DNA of 32,000 nucleotides from Paramicrosporidium saccamoebae KSL3 (Eukaryota; Fungi; Cryptomycota). Shown here in pieces: positions 19,140 through 27,121 of the stretch. A program made the translations under genes and the position numbers. How positions within the stretch are numbered: the first letter of the stretch is position 1; each line of letters starts with the position of its first letter. Location: positions 50,535 to 82,534 of the forward strand of contig MTSL01000048.1 of NCBI GenBank assembly GCA_002794465.1. Reading direction: 5' to 3'. The notes under the pieces are model-generated. The model was given only the letters and a program-made list of their open reading frames with translations, ran no database searches and was not told the origin of the DNA.

Positions 19140-20813
19140 CTAGTAGGGAAAGGACTCTTCAAGTCCGCGGTAAATCCCGTCAGTATGATACACCTTGGGT
19201 CTATAGTTGGCCGGTTCCATCATAACTCTACATGTTAATACTCCTAGTAGTCTCACCTGGAGTGACGAAACTTTTCCAAGAGAGCCAGCTTTCCTTGGAT
19301 TCGAGCATAGGAGAGATGGCAAATCTTGTCACTGTTAAAACGCGGCCATCTCTTTCCGAGGACACGCTGGGCAAATGTAACAATGCTGGCGGGTTCCACA
19401 AAGTTGATAAATGCATAGCCGACATTGCACTTGTTTTTAAAGTCCATGCGCAAGTATATAAAATCATATGTGCCGTAGTGAGTTTCGTTGATCATGTCAA
19501 TCAGCATTTGCTACAATCAATAGGAGATGCAATGGATACTTGGGTATATTTGTTGGGGATATTTCGGATCATGCAGGTGGTGCGGAGATCGTATCTTGAT
19601 TCAATTTTACCAAAGTCTATTTCAAAGTCGTTTCCACTAAACGGGGAACGGCCGTCGAGCTCAACTTGTGGGTCAAGAGAAAATGGTTTAGGAAACGAGT
19701 CTACTTCAGACAAGGCTGATGAGCGACTCTGGGAACGTGCAGACTCGGACCCAAAGAGGGTCTGGCGATCGGTCAATAGCAACTCGCAGGATTTCCACCC
19801 CATTCGAACTGTATCCTACATTGTCAGCGTCAAGCACAAGAAACTTACGGGTATGGCAGCATCACGAAGCTTGTCGATGATGATGGGAAGCTTGCGTATG
19901 TCAAGATATTCCACAAAAAACTTGACAACTTTTCTAGTTTTCACATCCAAAAATGTACTGTTTGACACCTGACATGGTCCCAATGATTGGAAAAACTTCT
20001 ACAACAACATTAGCCAATTGTGACGGCGGACCTGCGCCCAAGACAAAGATTCGTCCGCATGGCAGTGTTCATCGGAAATCTTGATATCGATTACTAAACT
20101 GGAAGAGTCCAAGTGGTAATTGTCATAGATATGACTGAGGATTGACGGACAACAGAAGCGATAGAGGCCCTCGCCAGAATTTGGTAGGGAGAGACAGACG
20201 GTGTAAAACTCGATCGAGTCGCGTAGATCAAAAAACTCGACTACCAACCCCACCGATCCCAGTCGATGGACACATGTTATCGAATCCGGACTAATCTTTC
20301 ACTGCGTTAGGATCGTCACTAGGTGGTTACCTTTGATGCATCGAGTATGCTGACCAGGTTATCGCCTTGCACAAATACCAGTCGAGTTGAGACGGTATCA
20401 CTTGAAAGATGATGCCATACCATCTCGTAATCAAAATCTCTCTCTCCTGTCGTATCATTCTGCATCTTCTTTCTGCCATGCAAAGTGGAAAGCAATATCG
20501 ACTCGCGTTCATGGAATTGAAGCATCGCCTCGTCGGGCGCCGATAGTGTGGAAAGTGTTCGGCAATGAGCCTTTGATGGAGGGGGCCCGTGCCACAATGT
20601 GTGAAGAGTCCGATGCGCCTTTGTCGGAGAGATTTCATGTGACAATGTGGGGTGGGTCCGATGCTGTGTTTCGTGTTGATTAGTCAGCATGGAATGAGTC
20701 CGCTGCTGCCCCCCGTGTGGATTAGTCAGCATGGGAAGGGCCGGACACTGCACTTCGTGGGAGCCGGTCAGCGCGGAGAAAGTGCGATGCCGCGCCTCAT
20801 TGGAGCTAGTCAT
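19140..20813 (-). CDS. mei2: Mei2-like RNA-binding protein (three RRMs); predicted introns 20296-20330, 19999-20031, 19816-19848, 19511-19539, 19228-19256
   Basis: RRM3 DLRTTCMIRNIPNKYTQQML...YDFIYLRMDFKNKCNVGYAFINF...FNSDKIC.LSYARIQGK.AL.EKFR. RRM1/2 motifs VVEFFDLR and FVEYLDIR. Five GT-AG introns join the ORF pieces in frame. Confidence 0.9.
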
Positions 20814-21172
20814 ACCCTCGACCGTTCATGCACAGCGCCTATGCGCCAAATTACTGATTATGGAAGGTGAGTGGCGATTCGGCACTGCCCATTGCCATAA
20901 ACAGAAAGGTCGCCGGCTGTCCCCATTGACCAATTAGAGGTGGCACTAGTCATGAACTATAGACCCTCGACGAAATGTGCTACTCGAAACTCTTGGTTTA
21001 TTATCGACGGAGCAATCCCACTTTTTGAATCGCTTTAATGCATTGCACGTGATACTACATGATGATATAGAGGATATACGCAGGGTGCAATAGAGCTATT
21101 TGAGAACTGCTGTACTATTTACGGACCAGGGACTCTAATAAAGGGCCTTTATTATAAACCTCACACGTAGTA

Positions 21173-21580
21173 ATGTCAGAGGACTGCTCTCGGTGGAACT
21201 GTCTCTATCCATTATATTTTGATAAGGCTCGCAGTCTTGCTGACGGAAGGCGCGTCAAGAAGGAGGAGGCTATTGAAAAGCCGACTGTCCAGCATTTAGC
21301 ATTTGCATGCGAGTCCTTGGGGGTGCCTTTCTCTGTTGAGGCCATGAAGAGGCACCCACGGGATCCGCTGCTGATGGGGCGGGTTCGGGTACACTTGACA
21401 GACGCTAATATCTGCAACACCCGAGTGCTCATCCGTCAAATTGCCTCATGCCTTCCTGAGATTGCCTCCAAGATGCCAAGCAAAGATTTGAAAGAGGTGC
21501 AGGGTCGAAATTCGCCGAGCGCAGAGTCATCGGGAGTAACATTGGTGCCGAGGATCAAGAAAAGGGGGAAAAAGAAGTAA
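21173..21580 (+). CDS. SRP19: Signal recognition particle subunit SRP19/Sec65
   Basis: W.CLYPLYFD..RS..DGRRV....AI.KP...LA.AC..LG......KRHPRD...GRVRV.L and basic C-terminal tail. Confidence 0.92.
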   Translation: MSEDCSRWNCLYPLYFDKARSLADGRRVKKEEAIEKPTVQHLAFACESLGVPFSVEAMKRHPRDPLLMGRVRVHLTDANICNTRVLIRQIASCLPEIASKMPSKDLKEVQGRNSPSAESSGVTLVPRIKKRGKKK

Positions 21581-21585
21581 TAAAT

Positions 21586-22281
21586 CTATTTGCGCAAGTT
21601 TGTAGGTTTTGTGAATTTCCGTAACTCTATTTGTACAGGTTTAATCGCTTCAATGAGATGAGTAGGCTGGTCAGTGTCACCAGAAGGGGTGTGACTTGTT
21701 CCAGAGGGGGGAGTGTGACGTGATTCGGGAATAGTGTGGCGTGATTCGGAAATATAAGTGTGACATGACTCGGAAATACTACAATCCTTACCAGGTACAG
21801 GGAGGGTAGAAACTTCACAAGGCGGTTCTTCGTCTTCAGATGACTCGGTTTCACTAGACTCCTCGTTATCTAATGGCCTCTTAAACTGAATTTCCTCTGT
21901 TGATCTGTCGACGGAGCTCCATGCCCCAACATGTGCGATTTGTATAGGTGCCGCACCAACAACATTTTTCCGTTTTGATACTGCAACTGGTCCCTTCATG
22001 CCCAAAAGGGTCACTGGTTGCGGCTTCTTACTCGGCTGGTAAAAACTGCTGCTTGACTCGCTACTCTTTTCATTTTCCAATCTTACGCCTGTCCTTTGCT
22101 CAAAATCCTTCATTAGTCGCGAGTGTTGACGCTCTTCTTTCTGGACGCGCTCTACGTACCTCCCCAGTGCGGCCTTGTGCTCTGGACTATTGTCGTGTTT
22201 TGTCCTACATATCTTGTTGTCAAAGACATAGACCCGACAGTATTCGCACCAGAATTTAGCGTTGCTCTTCCGTGGGGGCAT
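21586..22281 (-). CDS. U1/matrin-type C2H2 zinc-finger protein (WBP4/FBP21-like N-terminus) with low-complexity tail
   Basis: MPPRKSNAKFWCEYCRVYVFDNKICRTKHDNSPEHK followed by a coiled segment. Tail has ESRHT-type repeats. No WW domain recognised. Confidence 0.75.
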   Translation of the reverse strand: MPPRKSNAKFWCEYCRVYVFDNKICRTKHDNSPEHKAALGRYVERVQKEERQHSRLMKDFEQRTGVRLENEKSSESSSSFYQPSKKPQPVTLLGMKGPVAVSKRKNVVGAAPIQIAHVGAWSSVDRSTEEIQFKRPLDNEESSETESSEDEEPPCEVSTLPVPGKDCSISESCHTYISESRHTIPESRHTPPSGTSHTPSGDTDQPTHLIEAIKPVQIELRKFTKPTNLRK

Positions 22282-22289
22282 GGGTATCG

Positions 22290-23300
22290 ATGGAGACAGT
22301 CCAGAGGTGGTCCCTGCCTGCTGGTGACTTTTACAAGTGTGCAAAATGGTCACCCGATGGAAGCTGCATCTTGAGTAGTGCGGAGGAGAACCAGTTAAAG
22401 GTTCATTCTATTAACAAGGAAGACTTGTTGACCTTGGCTGAGCCAGACAGTATCCATGATATCTGTTGGTATCCTTGGATGAATGCTCAGGAACCGGCAA
22501 CTAATTGCTTCCTAAGCTGCAGTAGGGACCAACCCATTCATCTGTGGGACGTCTCTCTGCATAAAGTTCGGTGTAACTATGTGGCAATGGATCATCTTGA
22601 TCAGGTGGCAACTTGCTATAGCTGCACATTTAACGCGGACGGACGTCTCGTCGTTGCTGGCAGCAACAAGTCCATTCATGTTTTTGACTCTTCTGTCCCA
22701 GGACGGTCAATTGTTGACGTGGCGGTAAAGACTACAGAAGCACCCGTTTCTTCCTTGTCATTCCGGCGAGATGATACGGGCGTGTTGGCCGCCGGCAGTT
22801 TTGCAGGACACATTGGCGTCTATGATATTCGAATTGGCGAGGATCCATCACAGGTCATGCTACTCGCTGGACACTCGGAAGGTGTCACGCAGGTGCTATT
22901 TGACGGTTGGAATGTTTACTCCGTGGCGAGGAAAGAAGATCGGATCTGGCAATGGGATCTGAGGACATCCTCAGTTGTGAAGCACTTTGGACCAAGAACT
23001 TCTACCACAAATCAGCGATTGTACTTTTCACTTTGTGGAACAAGGCTCATGACGGGCGACCAGGATGGCAATTTAATAGCATTTGACACTTCCTCTGAGG
23101 AAGCCGGGTCTATTGAGCCGACGGAAATTACAAAAGTTGCAAATACTGTCACTTCCAGTGTTTCCACAAGTGCTCACCATCCAGATCTGGTCGCCATTAC
23201 TGTTGGTGAGCGATCTTTCCATATTAGTGATGATACGTCTTCGGATGATGAAATTCCTCCCGAACCTAGTCATCTCAGTTTATTTAGAATAAAAGTGTAA
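22290..23300 (+). CDS. WRAP53: WD40 protein WRAP53/TCAB1 (Swt21-like)
   Basis: FYKCAKWSPDGSCILS, IHDICWYPWM....PATNCFLSCSRDQPIHLWD, RCNY...DHLDQV, GHSEGVTQV, STTNQRLYF. Confidence 0.85.
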   Translation: METVQRWSLPAGDFYKCAKWSPDGSCILSSAEENQLKVHSINKEDLLTLAEPDSIHDICWYPWMNAQEPATNCFLSCSRDQPIHLWDVSLHKVRCNYVAMDHLDQVATCYSCTFNADGRLVVAGSNKSIHVFDSSVPGRSIVDVAVKTTEAPVSSLSFRRDDTGVLAAGSFAGHIGVYDIRIGEDPSQVMLLAGHSEGVTQVLFDGWNVYSVARKEDRIWQWDLRTSSVVKHFGPRTSTTNQRLYFSLCGTRLMTGDQDGNLIAFDTSSEEAGSIEPTEITKVANTVTSSVSTSAHHPDLVAITVGERSFHISDDTSSDDEIPPEPSHLSLFRIKV

Positions 23301-23417
23301 ATCTACTATTTTGAAAGTTAGTACATGGTATATTATGAGTCTGGGTGTTTCTCTATCAAGACCTCTGGGCTCCAGTCTTGGCTGTAATCTAACGGAAATA
23401 CCGAATTTCTTTAGTCA

Positions 23418-24449
23418 ATGAGTGATAGCGAAGATTCTGGATGGTGTACTATCGAGTCGGACCCGGGTAATTATTGTGCCACGTGCACTGAACTTTTAGG
23501 AGTATTTACAGAGCTGATTAGGGAGCTGGGAGCAAAAGGGTTTCAGGTAGAAGAACTGTATGGTTTGGATGAGGTCTTTGTGGCTGACCTCGAGCCAATA
23601 TACGGCTTCATCTTTCTCTTCAAATGGGATGCTACTCTCGAATCTAAAAGTAAGAAACAAGCCACGTCGCCCGTTGAAACGCCCCCTATCTTTTTCGCTC
23701 AGCAGACTGTGCAGAACGCGTGTGCCACCCAAGCCATCCTCAGCATCTTGCTGAACGTTCCTGCAACGGCAAGTGTTGAATTGGGCCCCGATTTACTCAA
23801 TTTCCGCGAGTTTACGCAAGAGTTGACACCAGAAATGAGAGGCGAGTCCATTGGTGCAAATGAGATAATGAGGAGGGTGCACAATGGGTTTGCCAGACCA
23901 GAACTGGCCATGGTGGAGAGTAAGAAGAAGGGATCGCAAGGGAAGCAAGAAGATCCCTTTCATTTTGTCAGCTTCCTACCCATTGGCGACACTTTATACG
24001 AATTTGACGGACTAAAATCGGCGCCCATATCACATGGATCCTGTGGGGATGCCTGGATTGGAGCGGCGTTAAAGGCGATAAGTGAGAAAATTGATGGAAT
24101 CCAAAGCGCCGGTTCCGGAGAGATTCGGTTCAACCTGATGGCCGTCATCAAAGATCGTGCCAGTCTTTACCGCGAAAAAATTGATCAGCAAATACGGTTA
24201 ATTTGCCAGCTGGAGGACTCGCTTCGCCTTACTCCCGCCTCTGATTCAAATGATCCGCGTCAGCACCAAATCCAAGCCCTATTTGCACAGAATGCCGATC
24301 TGGAGGAGCGATTAGAGGAGGAGCAACTCAAAATGTCACAGCAGCAACGTGAAAACGCCAGACGTCGCCATAATTTTGTGCCCCTTGCTGTGGCGCTCTT
24401 AAAGGAAATGGCCAAAACGGGGGAGCTTGCCAAATTCACAAACAAATAA
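23418..24449 (+). CDS. UCH37: Ubiquitin C-terminal hydrolase UCH37/UCHL5; in-frame 33-nt intron 23467-23499
   Basis: WCTIESDPG|VFTELI after splicing. FFAQQTVQNACATQAIL (catalytic Cys), FHFVSFLP (His), LYEFDGLK, EIRFNLMAV, C-terminal ENARRRHNFVP. Confidence 0.93.
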   Translation: MSDSEDSGWCTIESDPGNYCATCTELLGVFTELIRELGAKGFQVEELYGLDEVFVADLEPIYGFIFLFKWDATLESKSKKQATSPVETPPIFFAQQTVQNACATQAILSILLNVPATASVELGPDLLNFREFTQELTPEMRGESIGANEIMRRVHNGFARPELAMVESKKKGSQGKQEDPFHFVSFLPIGDTLYEFDGLKSAPISHGSCGDAWIGAALKAISEKIDGIQSAGSGEIRFNLMAVIKDRASLYREKIDQQIRLICQLEDSLRLTPASDSNDPRQHQIQALFAQNADLEERLEEEQLKMSQQQRENARRRHNFVPLAVALLKEMAKTGELAKFTNK

Positions 24450-24466
24450 AAATGAATTTATCTTCC

Positions 24467-25155
24467 ATGAAGTTGAAGGAGCTCGAACAGATTCTGAGCT
24501 CAGTGAAGCCATTCCCAAAGCCGAAACTAGAGTTGGAGCAATATGCTACAGATGCGCATATAGCCGGTATGTCCTTCATGAGTGTTTAATGGGCAGCACG
24601 GATGGTGTACACAGGTGCGACAACCTTTGACGATTTTGAGGAAAAGACGGTATTGGATCTTGGCTGTGGGTGTGGGATGCTCAGTATTGCTTCACTGATT
24701 ATGGGCGCTTCGTACAGAGAAGGGCGGTTTCTGATTGTTATAGGCGGGTGGTTGGTGTAGATATAGACGAGGACGCACTCGGTCAGTGTAGAGCAAACAT
24801 GGAAGAACTCGAAATCGAAAGGGACGAAGTCGAATTACTGCACTGCAATGTTCTCGCACTGCCCTTAGCCCTAAGGGAGCGTTTCCATACAGTGGTGCTC
24901 AATCCACCATTTGGTACAAAGAACAATGCCGGCGTTGACCTCGCCTTTCTCCAAATAGCCTCCAAAATGGCCACAAATGCAGTTTATTCTATGCACAAGA
25001 GCAGCACTCGCGAGCATGTTGTCAGAAAAGCACAGGAGTGGGGAGAGGTTCAAGTACTAGCACAAATGAAGTTTGAAATTTTGAACCAGTTCAAATTCCA
25101 TAAGAAGGAGCGTGTTTTTGTTGACGTAGATCTCGTTAGGATAAAAATTAAATAA
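24467..25155 (+). CDS. METTL5: METTL5-like N6-adenine rRNA methyltransferase; introns 24567-24596 and 24712-24743 (alternative start 24452)
   Basis: Spliced product MKLKELEQIL...F.KPKLELEQYATDAHIAARM...VLDLGCGCGML...VGVDID...VVLNPPFGTK..G.D..FL..A...VYSMHKSSTR. Confidence 0.9.
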
Positions 25156-25480
25156 CAAGTCTGCGTTATGTTTTGGACCACAAATTTGGGGGCCCTAACG
25201 CGCGCTGTTCTTACTAAATGTAGAAAGAAGAGTCAGGAGCGAGGAGCGCAAACATTGACACTTTACCATGTTTTAACATTTCCTCCACTACACGACCATA
25301 TTCCCATCACGCAACACGCTAATCTACACGTTCTTTATTAAGAACGAAAAAGATCAAAAGCTAGCACTGGAAAGAATACCCTTTGAATCCAACTACATCT
25401 TTGAACCACCCAACTTGATAATGAATGGACATTCTTCTAGTACGATTATCCCGCTAAGCGACATATCACTACCTACTTAT

Positions 25481-26904
25481 TTACAGCTTATAATATGCGT
25501 CGTAGGGGAAATCAGGGGCAACATCAATGGAACTCCGTGGAACCAGCCAATCTAGAAATGCAAACAGCAGGAAATCAATCATGACAAGGACACACGCAAT
25601 TTTTCCCAGTACCGGACCTGATCCATAATACTCGGCCATCCGATGGATTACTGTGCTATCTCGGGGTTGTTTATGGGCGGCAAAGTAAATATCCTCGGTT
25701 CGTTGGGCGACGTCTTGCCACGAATACATTCTGGCCACTCGATCGTGAAAAGTTGAAGTGTCAATTCGTCCAGCCTCCATATCAATGATGACCTTGGCGA
25801 GAGTCTCTGTAAGATGATCTTCTTCAGGCATTGCCAGCTCAATCATGTCACTAGGCAGTACCTCAGGAACGCCGCCCACTTTGGTGCTAACCACAAAAAG
25901 ACCGCAACTAGCAGCCTCAATGATGGCCATACAAAAGGCCTCTGTCAATGAAGTATTCAAAAAAATGTGTCCACGCACCATGATATTTTGTGCCTCTTCA
26001 GATGCCACTGCCCCGATCAAGTTTACTTGATTGTGGAGCAGATGCTCGTCGCAAAGTTGCTCCAAATCAACCTTTTTTGGACCGTCGCCTGCAATTAAGA
26101 ATCGGACTTTGGGAAACGCTGCACAGATTCTTGGGATAACAGCAAGCAGCAAATCGACACCCTTTCTATACACAAGTCTACTGAGCACCACAATGGTAAC
26201 TAAAAGTTAGGATACAGGCCAATTTGGGTACTATGATCGGGATCCCGCTTGGATGGATCGGGTGTGAATTGCTCCGATAGAACAGCATTCGGAATCACAA
26301 AGACCCTCTCAGGATCCAAGGCTGCTCTCAACACGGTATTTTCTTTGCTCGTGTTGGAGACACAAATGACACTATCAACATCGGACAGGGTGAATTTGAG
26401 CAGCTTATTGGTAAGAATGCTGCTAGTATCGGCAAAACCAAAGAGCGAATGGTCAGTAAATGTACAGGGAATCCCCATGGTTCTGGAATGAAATATTGCT
26501 TCGTGACAAATTGCAGAAAAGGCCTACAGATTACGACTCTGGCAGACATGAGAACCTGGTGGCCGTGCAGATGGGTGATACGTTCCCGAATTAAAACGGA
26601 GCGTATGAGGGGAAGAGTGGAGAATATTGTAGGAAATGTGACTTGGTTGAACATGACGGGAATGGGCATATAATACACCTTGAGTCCGCCTGACAGCCAG
26701 CGGACTCCATTACGATCCCCGTACGCATGTGTAATGATGACCACCTTGTGGCCTCTCTTCAGCATACACTGAGAGAGATTGTACAAGTGGTTCTCCACCC
26801 CACCCATATTGGGGTAAAAAAAGTCGCAGGCCATGCTATCTGGTTTACCGGTCTGATGGAGAGGTGTACCAAATGTTAAGACGTCTAAAGTCATCGCGAG
26901 GCAT
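25481..26904 (-). CDS. PIGA: GPI-GlcNAc transferase catalytic subunit PIG-A/Gpi3; introns 26836-26869, 26524-26555, 26200-26231
   Basis: Spliced product [22 protein letters not shown]...HGHQAFS..CHEA..H...MG....FTDHSLFGF...[14 protein letters not shown]...[22 protein letters not shown]. Confidence 0.93.
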
Positions 26905-27121
26905 CAAAAATAATCAATTGTTTCTTAACTTTGTCGACGCACATTGTACAATGCTCATCAAGCTTTACAGAGCGTGAATGGCTATCAATGACTCTATTTG
27001 TCACAAAATATGGTGGGATGGTGATTGGTCAGGAGCGCATGTGTTTACTCGCGATCAACCAATGAACATTGAAAAGGGCTTTAGAAGGCCCTAGGAAAGT
27101 CGACGAATCTATACCAAAAGC

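Noticed and set aside
19232-19972. 246-aa plus-strand ORF
   Set aside because: Antisense shadow of the conserved mei2 exons; no recognisable motifs.
2-24449. INO80 with UCH37, and EST1-like with WRAP53, as functional gene clusters
   Set aside because: Partners are 6-21 kb apart with unrelated genes between; chance co-occurrence is likely in a gene-dense genome.
25156-25480. Possible snRNA/tRNA, or an extra PIG-A intron and exon, in this gap
   Set aside because: No tRNA cloverleaf or U2/U5 signature found. A 31-nt GT-AG candidate exists, but PIG-A already ends at a plausible position.
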